Part shown: positions 10,615-21,257 of the stretch, piece by piece
Layout: every line of letters begins with the position of its first letter
Position numbering within the stretch: the first letter of the stretch is position 1
Made by a program: the position numbers and the translations under genes
The notes under the pieces: generated by a model
Databases searched by the model: none
Seen by the model: only the letters and a program-made list of their open reading frames with translations
Told to the model about the DNA's origin: nothing
Assembly: GCA_045636425.1 (NCBI GenBank)
Contig: JAZTXM010000002.1
Location: 2,918 to 66,917 of the forward strand
Length of the DNA: 64,000 bases
Reading direction: 5' to 3'
Source of the DNA: Clostridia bacterium
GTDB lineage: Bacteria > Bacillota > Clostridia > UMGS1883

Positions 10615-11804
10615 AAATTGCAGTAATCGGCGGCGGTGCGAGTGGCATTGCTGCGGCAATTTACGCAAAACGAAATAATGTGAAAAATTCTGTCACCGTG
10701 TTTGAACGCGGTGACAGAATTTTAAAAAAGCTTTTGGCTACGGGAAACGGCAGATGCAATCTATCAAATGAAAGCATATCTCCCGAAAATTATTTTTCCC
10801 ATACCCCCGGTGCCGTAGAGCAAATTCTTTCTGCCTTCCCCGAAAACGAAGAAAGGCAGTTTTTTGCGAGCATTGGAATACTTTTATGCACCGAAAACGG
10901 CAGAATATATCCCTATTCTCGCAGGGCAAATGCGGTCAGTGACGCATTAAGATTTGAATGTGAAAGGCTTGGAATAAGAATTTGTACCAACGCCTTTATA
11001 GATAGAATTACCACGAGGGACAAGCTTTTTATTATAAAAGGAGAGCAGTTTGACAACGTTATTATTTCCTGCGGCGGAATGTCCGCCCCCTCCTTTGGGA
11101 CTGACGGAAATTCCTTTAAGCTTTTAAAGGCTTTGGGACACACCGTTACCCCTACCTGTTATGCCCTGTCCCCCGTTAAGGTAAAGGAAAATGTAAAGTC
11201 CCTTAAGGGAATACGCACACATTGCACTGTTACGCTTTATAATAAAAACAATGCTGTAAAGCAGGAACACGGCGAGCTTCAGCTAACCGACTATGGGCTT
11301 TCGGGAATTGCAATAATGCAGCTTTCAAGGCTCTCTACAAAAGGCAGTGTAATCACGATTGATTTGATGCCCGATTTTTCAAAAGATGAGCTTTCGATGT
11401 TTTTAAGCGAAAGAAGAAAGAATCTTTCTCATCTTAATGCGGAGGATTTTCTGACGGGATTTTTGCACAAGGCGTTGGGGCAGTACATTTTGGGAAGATG
11501 CGGCATTTCGGCTACACTTCCTGCTTCAAAGCTTGGCGAAAAGGAAATTTCCATGCTTGCAAAAGAACTTAAGGAGCTTTCCTTTACCGTGGATAGTGTA
11601 CTTGGCAAAGAACAATCCCAGGCAACAAGTGGGGGTGCACTTTTATCGGAATTCAACACGGAAACACTCGAATCAAAAAAGCTCCCCGGTCTTTATTGCA
11701 CGGGAGAAGCACTTGACTGCGTGGGAGACTGCGGAGGCTACAATTTACATTGGGCATGGGCAACGGCATACGTTGCCGCTAAAGGACTGAATGAAAATGC
11801 TTAA
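10611..11804 (+). CDS. HI0933/BaiN-family flavoprotein
   Basis: GGGASG, TGNGRCNLSN and GGYNLHWAW motifs. Confidence 0.9.
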   Translation: MKIAVIGGGASGIAAAIYAKRNNVKNSVTVFERGDRILKKLLATGNGRCNLSNESISPENYFSHTPGAVEQILSAFPENEERQFFASIGILLCTENGRIYPYSRRANAVSDALRFECERLGIRICTNAFIDRITTRDKLFIIKGEQFDNVIISCGGMSAPSFGTDGNSFKLLKALGHTVTPTCYALSPVKVKENVKSLKGIRTHCTVTLYNKNNAVKQEHGELQLTDYGLSGIAIMQLSRLSTKGSVITIDLMPDFSKDELSMFLSERRKNLSHLNAEDFLTGFLHKALGQYILGRCGISATLPASKLGEKEISMLAKELKELSFTVDSVLGKEQSQATSGGALLSEFNTETLESKKLPGLYCTGEALDCVGDCGGYNLHWAWATAYVAAKGLNENA

Positions 11805-13359
11805 AATAACAAATCTTTTACTGCCAATTAAATATACCGACGAGGATGTTAAATCCGCCATTAAAAAGAAGCTTCGCATAGGCGACTATGACATTTTATC
11901 ATTTGAAATTATAAAGGATTCTATCGATGCACATAAAAGGGGTGAAATACACCGCTGTGTAAGCGTCGGAGTCCGTCTTCGCGGTGAGAAGCGTTTTCTT
12001 GAAATAAAAGGCGTAGAGCCGTGGGAAAAATTTGAATATGAGTACCCTCCCACCTCTAAGCTTTCAAAATGCCCCGTTGTTGTGGGAAGCGGTCCTGCCG
12101 GACTTTTTGCGGCACATATCCTCGCCGTCTGCGGTGCTTGTCCCATTCTTATTGAACGAGGCACGGACGTGGATAGCAGAAGAAAAGCGGTGGACTCCTT
12201 TTTCTCAAGAGGTAAATTGGATACAGAGAGCAATATTCAATTTGGCGAGGGCGGTGCAGGAACATTTTCCGACGGCAAATTAACCACAGGAACAAAGGAC
12301 CCTCGGCAAAGAAAAGTTCTCGAAGAATTTATAAAGCACGGCGCTCCTGAAGAAATCGCCTACGCAGGGAAGCCGCATATCGGCACGGATTTACTTTCGG
12401 AAATCATTAAAAATATGCGTAATGAAATCATATCTCTTGGTGGCGAAGTGAGATTCGGCACAAGGCTTGACGATATTTATATTAAGGATAACCGCGTTAC
12501 GGGGATAAAAACGAGCAAGGGTGATATAGAAACCGACTGTGTAGTTCTTGCAATCGGACACAGTGCACGTGACACGGTGAAAATGCTTCTGTCGCATAAC
12601 ATCCCTATGGAACGTAAAAGCTTTTCGGTGGGAGTAAGGATTGAGCATCCTCAAAAAATGATAAATGAAGCACTTTATCATAAATTTGCTTCCCGCCTTC
12701 CTGCCGCAGACTATAAGCTGGCAGTGCATCTTAAGGACGGCAGGGGTGTCTACACCTTCTGTATGTGTCCCGGCGGAAGCGTTGTTGCCGCCGCAAGCGA
12801 GGAAAACAGTGTCGTAACCAACGGAATGAGTAATTTTGCCCGTGACGGAGAAAATGCCAACAGTGCACTTTTGGTTTCAGTTCTTCCCACGGATTTTGAG
12901 GGGAATGACGTTTTAGCCGGAATGGAATTTCAGCGTAAGCTTGAAAAAAGTGCCTTTTATATGGGCGGTGGAAATTACTTTGCCCCTGTCCAGACCTCGG
13001 CTGATTTTATCCGCGGACAGAAAAGTGTTTCATTAGGAAACGTAAATCCCACCTACCCTGTAGGTGTTACTTGCTCCAACTTAGGACAGCTTTTCCCCGA
13101 ATTTGTTACAAGCTCACTTAGGGAAGCAATCCCCCTTATGGACAGAAAGCTCCACGGTTTTGCACTTCCCGATGCGGTTTTGACAGGAGTTGAAAGCCGT
13201 TCCTCCTCCCCTGTCCGCATTATCCGCGATGAAAGGTGCCAATCCTTTATAAAAGGGCTGTATCCCTGCGGAGAGGGTGCAGGCTATGCAGGCGGAATCA
13301 TGAGTGCCGCTGTTGACGGAATCCGTGTTGCCGAGCATGTTTTGAAACAAGATTCTTAA
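11791..13359 (+). CDS. FAD-dependent oxidoreductase (uncharacterized dehydrogenase family)
   Basis: GSGPAG, FGEGGAGTFSDGKL, TFCMCPGG and GEGAGYAGGIMSAAVDG motifs. Confidence 0.9.
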   Translation: MKMLKITNLLLPIKYTDEDVKSAIKKKLRIGDYDILSFEIIKDSIDAHKRGEIHRCVSVGVRLRGEKRFLEIKGVEPWEKFEYEYPPTSKLSKCPVVVGSGPAGLFAAHILAVCGACPILIERGTDVDSRRKAVDSFFSRGKLDTESNIQFGEGGAGTFSDGKLTTGTKDPRQRKVLEEFIKHGAPEEIAYAGKPHIGTDLLSEIIKNMRNEIISLGGEVRFGTRLDDIYIKDNRVTGIKTSKGDIETDCVVLAIGHSARDTVKMLLSHNIPMERKSFSVGVRIEHPQKMINEALYHKFASRLPAADYKLAVHLKDGRGVYTFCMCPGGSVVAAASEENSVVTNGMSNFARDGENANSALLVSVLPTDFEGNDVLAGMEFQRKLEKSAFYMGGGNYFAPVQTSADFIRGQKSVSLGNVNPTYPVGVTCSNLGQLFPEFVTSSLREAIPLMDRKLHGFALPDAVLTGVESRSSSPVRIIRDERCQSFIKGLYPCGEGAGYAGGIMSAAVDGIRVAEHVLKQDS

Positions 13360-14284
13360 CTAACATTAGGGCGAGTATTCCTGTTGAAGCAAACAGAATA
13401 AGGCTTAAGTCATTAAAGCAGATTTTTGTAATAACAAAGGCTATCAAAGAAGCCGCAAGCTTCACAAGGTAATAATTTTTCATGGAAAAAACACCGCCTG
13501 TAAGTGCATCAGCCTGAAAATGGACACTTAGTCCGCCCCATGCAATAAAAGCACTTATAAGCGGCAGGGCATCATATCCATAGCGGGACAGTTCACTGCA
13601 CCCCCTTGTGACCTCTCCTATTCCGCACAAAAAGCTATATTGGCCTAAAGGAAATATTTCCAGCACAGCACTGAAAGTAATAACAAACACACATGCGGTA
13701 ATAATTGCACTTCCGCTTTGAACTGCCGCACTTGTAACAAGCTTTCCCAAGGAAGGCTTGTTTTTTTTGTATTCATTAAGGCTTTCTGAAAAGGTTTCCT
13801 TTTTTTCAGAAAAGCTTCCTCCAAAAAGACAGGCACAAATAAGGGCACACAGCACTTGCACTAAAAAAAGATTTACTCCCACACTCTTGCCCCCAAAAAA
13901 GCTGATTCCGATTGTCCCGATTACAAAAAGAGGCCCTGCATTGTTGCAAATGGGCAGGAGCTTTTCTGCCTCCTCCTTAGTGATTTGCCCCGCCTCAAAG
14001 CTTTCCAGGACGGCTTTTGCACCTGCTCCGTAACCACCCAATAGTCCCGTAACAAAGCATATACATCCTACGGGGCTTATTCCGGTAAGCGGCGAAATAA
14101 CCTTGGAGAATATTATCCCCAAAGGCCTTGAAAATCCGCTTTTTATAATACAGGAGCTTACAAACATAAACGGAAGAAGCGACGGTATAACCGCATTCAT
14201 ACATAGCGCCAAGCCGCTTTGTGCCCCCCACAAAACCTGAGCGGGAAAAAGTGCAAAACACGCACAAACTATAAAGAATAACAT
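13298..14284 (-). CDS. ylbJ: Sporulation integral membrane protein YlbJ-like
   Basis: Multi-TM protein with VIPSLLPF, GGYGAG, CNNAGPLFVIG, EVTRG and GGLSVHFQ motifs. Confidence 0.8.
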   Translation of the reverse strand: MLFFIVCACFALFPAQVLWGAQSGLALCMNAVIPSLLPFMFVSSCIIKSGFSRPLGIIFSKVISPLTGISPVGCICFVTGLLGGYGAGAKAVLESFEAGQITKEEAEKLLPICNNAGPLFVIGTIGISFFGGKSVGVNLFLVQVLCALICACLFGGSFSEKKETFSESLNEYKKNKPSLGKLVTSAAVQSGSAIITACVFVITFSAVLEIFPLGQYSFLCGIGEVTRGCSELSRYGYDALPLISAFIAWGGLSVHFQADALTGGVFSMKNYYLVKLAASLIAFVITKICFNDLSLILFASTGILALMLVKNLVSKHARQHGFRQQRHS

Positions 14285-14296
14285 ATTTTACCTCCC

Positions 14297-14572
14297 TCAC
14301 AAAAATTCTACACGCAGTATTCTGCCTTGCACAAATACTCCTTCGTCACTGATACTTTCTATTAAAAGACCATCGCCGTCAATCTTTATAATACCTGTAT
14401 TTGAATTAATTTTTATACAATTCTCCCCGTAATCTAAAATCCCTCTGAAATTTTCTACATTTACCCGACTGCATCCGATGATTTCAATTCTCGGAATATC
14501 ACGCAGAACATCAAGAGGCAAATCAAGAGCATCGGCTATTTTATCTGCTGTCTTTCTCTCTTTATTTTTCAT
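14297..14572 (-). CDS. yqfC: YabP/YqfC family sporulation protein
   Basis: LDLPLDVLRDIPRIEIIG...VENFRGILDY motif; adjacent to yqfD. Confidence 0.88.
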   Translation of the reverse strand: MKNKERKTADKIADALDLPLDVLRDIPRIEIIGCSRVNVENFRGILDYGENCIKINSNTGIIKIDGDGLLIESISDEGVFVQGRILRVEFL

Positions 14573-14593
14573 TTTTCAAGACACCTCATTAAA

Positions 14594-14625
14594 TAGTTAT
14601 GCAAGGAGAAAACAAATCATACAAT
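14594..14625. promoter_or_regulatory. Overlapping divergent sigmaE-type promoters
   Basis: Plus strand: TTATGCA-N14-CATACAAT. Minus strand: GTATGAT-N14-CATAACTA. Both flanking genes are sigmaE-regulon homologues. Confidence 0.6.
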
Positions 14626-14646
14626 TTATTGTTGGGAGTGATATAT

Positions 14647-15837
14647 TTGTTGGAAATGCTGCTTAACTGTATCAAAGGCTGTTATACCCTTAAGGCTGAG
14701 GGGAAATTTCCCGAGAGGATACTGAATTTTGCTTCAACCTCGGGGATATATATACAGAATGTAAGACGCGAGAATTTGCAAGCGCTGACGTTTACAGTCA
14801 GCAGAAAAGGTGCAAAAAAGCTTCTGGAATCCAACATTGAGGGGCTTAAAGTAAGCATTTGTGCAAAATTCGGAATTCCCTTTTTTCTTCAAAAGCATAG
14901 AAAACGGGGACTGTTATTTACGCTTCCGATAATTGTGGCAATAGCGGTTATCATCTTTTCTCAGTTCATATGGAGGGTTGAGATTACGGGCGGAGATAAA
15001 GTTCTTCGCAGTCAGGTGCAAAAGGTTATTGAAAAAAACGGAATACATTTTGGCTCTCTTAAATACAAAATCGACCAGTATAACATTAAGCGTGAAGCAA
15101 TCCTGGCGATTGATGACCTTTCCTGGATGTGGGTGGATATACGCGGAACTACGGCAAAGGTAAAGGTGCGGAAAAGAAATTTGAAACCGCAGGTGAATGA
15201 AATTCACGAGCCGGCAGACGTAGTGGCAATGCACAGCGGTATAATTGAAAAAATGCAGACCTTCTGCGGTCAGCCCCTTTTCAAAGAGGGAATGACGGTT
15301 GAAAAAGGGCAGGTGCTTATCACAGGAGTTTTCAAAAGCGAAAATGAAAACATTCCGACTTACTATCACCACGCCTCCGGCAATGTCGTTTTGAAAATTC
15401 ATGAAAAAAAAACCGTTGTGATTCCTAAAAAAACACTGATAAAAACACCCACAGGCAGGAAAAAAAGTATTTTTTCCTTAAATTTTAAAAAAAATAATAT
15501 AAAATTTTCATTAAATAGTGGAATTTCCTACAGCAATTATGATAAAATAGAAAAAAAGTATGGGCTGTGGAAATTTCCTCTCTCTTTTTCAAAGACAGAG
15601 TATCGTGAGGTTAAGGTCACTTCTACCGATACCGACATCAAAGAACACCTTGAAAAACGCAAAAAAGATTTTGAAAAAGAGCTAACAAAGAAAAATATGG
15701 AGGTCTGTGAAATTTCCGAATACACCGAGGAAAAGGAAGACAATGTTTCGGTTACATTTACCGCCGCGTGTCTTGTCCGCACAGACAAGGAAGTGCCCAT
15801 AGCCATTGAAGGAGAAAAGAATGGAAAAAATCATTGA
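14647..15837 (+). CDS. yqfD: Stage IV sporulation protein YqfD
   Basis: [26 protein letters not shown] and KGQVLITG motifs. TTG start follows GGGAGTG; upstream of phoH. Confidence 0.88.
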   Translation: MLEMLLNCIKGCYTLKAEGKFPERILNFASTSGIYIQNVRRENLQALTFTVSRKGAKKLLESNIEGLKVSICAKFGIPFFLQKHRKRGLLFTLPIIVAIAVIIFSQFIWRVEITGGDKVLRSQVQKVIEKNGIHFGSLKYKIDQYNIKREAILAIDDLSWMWVDIRGTTAKVKVRKRNLKPQVNEIHEPADVVAMHSGIIEKMQTFCGQPLFKEGMTVEKGQVLITGVFKSENENIPTYYHHASGNVVLKIHEKKTVVIPKKTLIKTPTGRKKSIFSLNFKKNNIKFSLNSGISYSNYDKIEKKYGLWKFPLSFSKTEYREVKVTSTDTDIKEHLEKRKKDFEKELTKKNMEVCEISEYTEEKEDNVSVTFTAACLVRTDKEVPIAIEGEKNGKNH

Positions 15838-16765
15838 AGCAAAAAGCACCGATACGCTGATGTCCCTGTTCGGGAGTTTTGACAGCAATGTTAAGCTTAT
15901 AGAACGTGAAATGAATGTTAAAATAGTAAACCGTGATACACAAATCAAAATAATAGGAGAAAATTCGGACAAAACCGCCGCAGTACTTGAAAGATTGATT
16001 GACGAAATAGAAGCAGGCGAAGCACTCACGGAGCAAAATATACGCTACGCAATTTTTTCCGTAAACGAGGATATCGGTTACGTACCCCCCGCAAAGGGTG
16101 ACTACATCTGCATCACCTCCAAAGGAAAGCCCGTAAAGTGCAAAACCCACGGTCAGAAAAACTATATTCAGAAAATCCGTGATAACACTGTTGTTATAGC
16201 CATAGGCCCTGCCGGTACGGGAAAGACTTATCTTGCCGTTGCAATGGCTGTGGATGCTTTCAGAAGAAAGGAAGTAAGCCGTATTATTCTGACAAGACCT
16301 GCCGTAGAAGCCGGCGAAAAGCTGGGATTTTTACCCGGTGATTTGCAGATGAAGGTTGACCCTTATCTTCGCCCCCTTTATGATGCCTTGGGCGATATGC
16401 TCGGCATGGAAAATTATCAGAAATATCTTGAACGGGGCGTTATTGAAATAGCTCCCCTCGCCTATATGCGAGGAAGAACTCTTGACGATGCTTTCATCAT
16501 TCTTGACGAAGCTCAGAATACCACGGCGGAGCAGATGAAAATGTTTTTGACTCGAATAGGATTCGGGTCAAAGGCAGTCATAACGGGAGATATCACCCAG
16601 ATAGACCTTCCCGACGGCAAGCGAAGCGGACTTAAGGACGCCGCCAAGGTCTTAAAAAACATTGACGGGCTTGATTTTTCATATCTTTCCGATAAGGACG
16701 TTGTTCGTCATCCGCTCGTACAAAAAATAATAGCCGCATACGAAAGATTCGAAAGAAAATCTTAA
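15821..16765 (+). CDS. phoH: PhoH-family ATPase
   Basis: [29 protein letters not shown] and DEAQN motifs. Confidence 0.96.
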   Translation: MEKIIEAKSTDTLMSLFGSFDSNVKLIEREMNVKIVNRDTQIKIIGENSDKTAAVLERLIDEIEAGEALTEQNIRYAIFSVNEDIGYVPPAKGDYICITSKGKPVKCKTHGQKNYIQKIRDNTVVIAIGPAGTGKTYLAVAMAVDAFRRKEVSRIILTRPAVEAGEKLGFLPGDLQMKVDPYLRPLYDALGDMLGMENYQKYLERGVIEIAPLAYMRGRTLDDAFIILDEAQNTTAEQMKMFLTRIGFGSKAVITGDITQIDLPDGKRSGLKDAAKVLKNIDGLDFSYLSDKDVVRHPLVQKIIAAYERFERKS

Positions 16766-16784
16766 AGTGAGGATTGATTACATT

Positions 16785-18782
16785 ATGATAAAGAAGCTTT
16801 TTGGAGGCACGAAAAATGCCATTATTACATTTGTTTCCATACTGCTGATAATTTTAGTTGTTTTCTTTTCCAAGCAGGTAGGTCAGATAGAGCTTGCCGT
16901 GGGCGATGTTTCATCAGAGGATATTTACGCACCTCGTGTAATTATTGATACCGTAACTACCGAGGAAAAACGTGAGGAAGCACGTCTTGGTGTTGCCGAC
17001 ATTTATGTTCAGGATAATGAAAAAGCCGCAAACTGCGTAAAAAATGTTGAGTCATTTTTTGATATGGCACACGCCATACGTTCTCAGCAATTTGAAAATT
17101 CTGCGGCGGCGGCACTACAGCTTATGGATACAGCAACCATAAACATTTCCGAACAATCGGCAAAAGCCATTATTTCCGCATCACCGTCACAATTTGCACA
17201 GCTTCGCACACTGAGCAGTATATTAAAATCCGTTATGAATGACGGCGTTATTGACAAAAATGACGGTATACAGCTTTGCGTAGAAGAAATTTCCGAGCTT
17301 TCCGTAAGCGATAAGCTTATAGAGGCGGCGGAAGAAATAATTTCTCTTACGATTATTGAAAACAAGGTTTTTGATGAGGAATCTACACTGGCAAAGCGTG
17401 AGCAGGCTGCCTCAGAGGTTGAAAACGTGGAATATAAAAAAGGACAGGTCATTGTAACTCAAGGCTCGGTTGTAACCAAAGCACAATATACCATGCTCAA
17501 AGATTTGGGACTTCTTGAGGGAAGCAGCCCCATTACATCCACATATGCTTTCGGGGTGACTCTTTTTATTGTTATTTCCCTACTTATATTGCTGTTTTCG
17601 TCAAGTACTTACAAAAGCAAGAGTAGCAGTGCCTCGGCTGTAACGGCAGTTACTGCATTAATAATAATTCTGATGACATTTTACGGTTCAAAATACATTC
17701 CCGAAAGGCTTAACCCCCTGCTTCCCGTAGGGCTTTTCCCGGGAATTGTGACCATATTTGCCTCCCCACAGCTTGCTATCATTTCCAATTTGCTTCTTTC
17801 TGTCTTTAATGCCTTGGCATTTGATGCAAACTGGGGCTATACAATTTCACTTATCCTGGCAGGAACAATGTCCGTTTTCTGTTTCTCAACGGTGAAAAGA
17901 CGTGCACATCTTCTTCCCTCGGCAATAGTTGCGGCACTGTTTTACGGACTTTCTTTTACAGGAATGTCGCTGATAGAGTCAAACAGTGCGGTAACAGCAA
18001 TAAGTGCATTTTTTAAAGGTTTCGCCGGAGGAACACTTTCGGGGCTTATAACTATCGGTTCGCTTCCCTTCTTCGAGTGGCTTTTTAATGCAACAACTCC
18101 CATGAAGCTCAGCGAGCTTGCAAACCCTGAAAACAAGCTTCTGAAAAAACTGCTTGTTGAAGCACCGGGAACATATCACCATTCGCTTACGGTTGCGAAC
18201 ATTGCCGAGATTGCGGCACGCAGTATCAAGGCAGATTCACTTCTTGCCCGCGTAGGTGCATACTACCATGACATAGGAAAGCTTCGCCACCCCCTATATT
18301 TTAAAGAAAATCAATATGACAAAAATGCGCACGACAATCTTGCCCCTGAGGACAGCTCGTCAATAATCATAAGCCACGTTACCGACGGAAGTGAGATTGC
18401 CGCAAAAAACCATCTTCCCAAAAGCATCTGCGATATTATAACGCAGCATCACGGGAAAACCACGACAGGTTATTTTCTTATCCGTGCAAAGGAGCTTGAC
18501 CCTGATGTAGATGAATCCAAATTCACATACCCCGGCCCCGTTCCCCAGACAAAGGAAGCCGCTATTGTGATGCTTGCCGATTCATGCGAGGCGGCAGTAC
18601 GCAGCATTGACGAAAAAAGCGAAGCAAAAATAGAGGCCATGGTAAGAAAAATTGCTACCGATAGAGTAAACACGGGACAGTTCTCTGAATGTAACATGAC
18701 CTTTGCAGAGCTTGAAAAAGTGATTAAGGTTATTACAAAAACGCTTGGAGGATACTTCCACGAACGCATAAAATATGAGTGA
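16785..18782 (+). CDS. pgpH: 7TM-HD cyclic-di-AMP phosphodiesterase PgpH-like
   Basis: Extracellular domain, seven TM segments, and APGTYHHS, YHDIGK, MLADSCEAA motifs. Confidence 0.88.
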   Translation: MIKKLFGGTKNAIITFVSILLIILVVFFSKQVGQIELAVGDVSSEDIYAPRVIIDTVTTEEKREEARLGVADIYVQDNEKAANCVKNVESFFDMAHAIRSQQFENSAAAALQLMDTATINISEQSAKAIISASPSQFAQLRTLSSILKSVMNDGVIDKNDGIQLCVEEISELSVSDKLIEAAEEIISLTIIENKVFDEESTLAKREQAASEVENVEYKKGQVIVTQGSVVTKAQYTMLKDLGLLEGSSPITSTYAFGVTLFIVISLLILLFSSSTYKSKSSSASAVTAVTALIIILMTFYGSKYIPERLNPLLPVGLFPGIVTIFASPQLAIISNLLLSVFNALAFDANWGYTISLILAGTMSVFCFSTVKRRAHLLPSAIVAALFYGLSFTGMSLIESNSAVTAISAFFKGFAGGTLSGLITIGSLPFFEWLFNATTPMKLSELANPENKLLKKLLVEAPGTYHHSLTVANIAEIAARSIKADSLLARVGAYYHDIGKLRHPLYFKENQYDKNAHDNLAPEDSSSIIISHVTDGSEIAAKNHLPKSICDIITQHHGKTTTGYFLIRAKELDPDVDESKFTYPGPVPQTKEAAIVMLADSCEAAVRSIDEKSEAKIEAMVRKIATDRVNTGQFSECNMTFAELEKVIKVITKTLGGYFHERIKYE

Positions 18783-18793
18783 GGAGAATTATT

Positions 18794-19285
18794 ATGATAC
18801 AGTTTATTATTGAAAATGAGCAGGACAAGCTTGAATTTACTCCCGAGCTTGAAAAAATCATGCAAAAGGCGGTTGCAACTACGCTTGAGACCGTCGGCGG
18901 TGATGAAGAAACCGATTTTGAGGTAAGCATCCTTATAACAGATAACAACGGAATTCATCAGATTAATAAGGAAACACGTGATATAGATGCTCCCACCGAT
19001 GTGCTTAGTTTTCCGATTTTGGAATTTGATGAAGATGGCGTTATGATAGAAGAAAGCGGAGATTATGACGGTGATTTGCTTCTTTTGGGCGACATAGTTC
19101 TCTCCCTTGAAAAAGCTAAGGAGCAGGCAGAGGAATACGGACACACCCTTGAGCGTGAGGTAGGTTTTTTAACTGTTCACAGCACACTTCATCTTTTGGG
19201 ATTTGACCATATGGAAGAGCCTTATACCTCAGTTATGAGGGGACGCGAAAAAGAAATTATGGACATAATGGATTTACACAGATAA
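18794..19285 (+). CDS. ybeY: rRNA maturation endoribonuclease YbeY
   Basis: PTDVLSFP and HSTLHLLGFDH motifs. Confidence 0.96.
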   Translation: MIQFIIENEQDKLEFTPELEKIMQKAVATTLETVGGDEETDFEVSILITDNNGIHQINKETRDIDAPTDVLSFPILEFDEDGVMIEESGDYDGDLLLLGDIVLSLEKAKEQAEEYGHTLEREVGFLTVHSTLHLLGFDHMEEPYTSVMRGREKEIMDIMDLHR

Positions 19286-19309
19286 CAGTCATTTGAAAGG
19301 AATAAGCCA

Positions 19310-20203
19310 ATGAGTAATTTTAAATCAGGCTTTGCCGCAATTGTGGGCAGACCCAACGTAGGCAAATCAACACTTACAAACGCGTTTATAGGAGAAAAAG
19401 CGGCAATTGTTTCAAACAAGCCTCAGACAACACGTTCTAACCTTGCAGCTATAGATAACGGAGAAAATTATCAGATAGTTTTCGTTGATACTCCCGGTAT
19501 GCACTCTCCCCGTACAAAATTGGGTGAATATATGAACAGCGTTGCAGGAGCTTCTCTTGCGGATGTTGATGTTGCCATTCTTGTTGTTGAAGCAGGCAAA
19601 GAGGTTTACGACCTTGAGAAAAACATAATAAAAAAAGCGGCGGATAAAAATATCCCCTTGATTCTTGCTATCAACAAAGCCGACACGGTTGACAAAGAGG
19701 TAATTCTTCCCCAGATTGAAGCCTTTATAAAAGAAGGCAGCTTTGCGGCAATCGTTCCTATAAGTGCTTTTAAAAGAGACGGTATTGATGAACTCAGAGC
19801 AGAAATTTTAAAGCACTTTGAGGAGGGCGAGCCTTTCTATGATACAGAAATTTATGCAGACAGCACACTTCGCGAAATGACCGCCGAGATTATCCGCGAA
19901 AAAATTCTCCGCCTCCTTGACCGCGAGGTTCCCCACGGAACTGCGGTTGAAATTGAGAAAATGGACGAGGGTGATGATTTAACAAAAATCAAAGCCGTAA
20001 TCTATTGTGAAAAAGCAAGCCACAAGCCTATAATCATAGGAAAAAAAGGCGAAGCGATAAAGCGTATAGGCTCATATGCAAGACGCGATATTGAAAAGCT
20101 TCTTGACACGCAGGTTTTTTTAGAGCTGTGGGTAAAGGTAAGAGAAGATTGGAGAAATAAGGGAACAGCACTAAAAGAATTGGGATTTGTAAAAGAAAAA
20201 TAA
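19310..20203 (+). CDS. era: GTPase Era
   Basis: [16 protein letters not shown] and a KH domain (IIIGKKG). Confidence 0.97.
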   Translation: MSNFKSGFAAIVGRPNVGKSTLTNAFIGEKAAIVSNKPQTTRSNLAAIDNGENYQIVFVDTPGMHSPRTKLGEYMNSVAGASLADVDVAILVVEAGKEVYDLEKNIIKKAADKNIPLILAINKADTVDKEVILPQIEAFIKEGSFAAIVPISAFKRDGIDELRAEILKHFEEGEPFYDTEIYADSTLREMTAEIIREKILRLLDREVPHGTAVEIEKMDEGDDLTKIKAVIYCEKASHKPIIIGKKGEAIKRIGSYARRDIEKLLDTQVFLELWVKVREDWRNKGTALKELGFVKEK

Positions 20204-20265
20204 AAGAAAAATTTACAAGCTATTAAAAATGTTCTTTTCCACATAATAACCATGAGGTGATTAAT

Positions 20266-20397
20266 TTGGCAAGAACAAGCAGTATTATGTGGGATATGTT
20301 TACGGGAACAGGCAATATCGATATTTATTTAAAATACAAAAGGCACGAAGCCCTAAAGGCTTATCGTGCCGAAAACACAGAAAAAAGAGGAAGTTAA
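20266..20397 (+). CDS. yqzL: YqzL-like small protein (43 aa, not in ORF track)
   Basis: GAGGTG RBS and TTG start give MARTSSIMWDMFTGTGNIDIYLKYKRHEALKAYRAENTEKRGS. The WxxFxxTGxIxxYLxYK motif and era-recO position fit YqzL. Confidence 0.85.
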   Translation: MARTSSIMWDMFTGTGNIDIYLKYKRHEALKAYRAENTEKRGS

Positions 20398-21147
20398 ATG
20401 GCAGAAAACACACTTAAGATTAACGCAATTGTCGTACAGGCATCTCAAAGCGGTGAAAACGATAAAATGTTAACGCTTCTTTCCCCCGAAGCGGGGAAAC
20501 TCTGCGTAATTGCAAAGGGGATTCGCTCTCTCAAGCATCAGAGCAGAAATGCCTGTGGTGTGCTTTGTTATTCTTCGTTTGTTTTAAAAAGAATTAAAGA
20601 CGGATTTTATTCCCTTGTAAGTGCCGAGCTTAGCGAGAGCTTCCGCACCCTCTCAGAGGATGTGGTGCTTCTCTCTTACGGCACTTATTTTGCTGATTTA
20701 ACGAGGCTCTGCGTGCAAAGCGGAATTGAGGCATCAGAGGAGGTCCGTCTTCTTTTAAACACGCTTTATGTGCTTTGCAAAAAGCCCCAAAATGCACCGC
20801 TTATAAAAGCAGTGTTTGAATTTAAAATTATGGAGCTTTGCGGAATTGTTCCTGAATTTTCACCCGAGTGTCCCTGCGGCGGACACGGAGCATACTTTTG
20901 TGTATCCGAGGGCGAGGTCAGGTGTGGCGAGCATAAATCCTCCGATGCCGTTTTAGTAAATGCTCCACAGATAAAAATCTGTACTTACATTCTCGAAAGC
21001 AGCTTAAAGGATGCTCTTTACTGCGAATATGATGAAAAGATTTCGTTGTCGCTTTCCGCTTTAACCGAGCCATTTCTTGCTTATCATTTAGGCAATTTAC
21101 CTAATTCTCTTAATTACTTACACCAAATCATTAAAAAAATATCGTAA
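20398..21147 (+). CDS. recO: DNA repair protein RecO
   Basis: GENDKMLTLLS..GK...IAKG N-terminal OB-fold and a Cys cluster; era-recO synteny. Confidence 0.92.
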   Translation: MAENTLKINAIVVQASQSGENDKMLTLLSPEAGKLCVIAKGIRSLKHQSRNACGVLCYSSFVLKRIKDGFYSLVSAELSESFRTLSEDVVLLSYGTYFADLTRLCVQSGIEASEEVRLLLNTLYVLCKKPQNAPLIKAVFEFKIMELCGIVPEFSPECPCGGHGAYFCVSEGEVRCGEHKSSDAVLVNAPQIKICTYILESSLKDALYCEYDEKISLSLSALTEPFLAYHLGNLPNSLNYLHQIIKKIS

Positions 21148-21257
21148 AATTGCATTTTTTTTTTAAAAACACTGGAAATTATGACTAAAATGGTGTATGA
21201 TAATATGTGCGTTAAAAATAATTTAATTTTTATATTTTTTTAGGAGGTTATCTTAAG

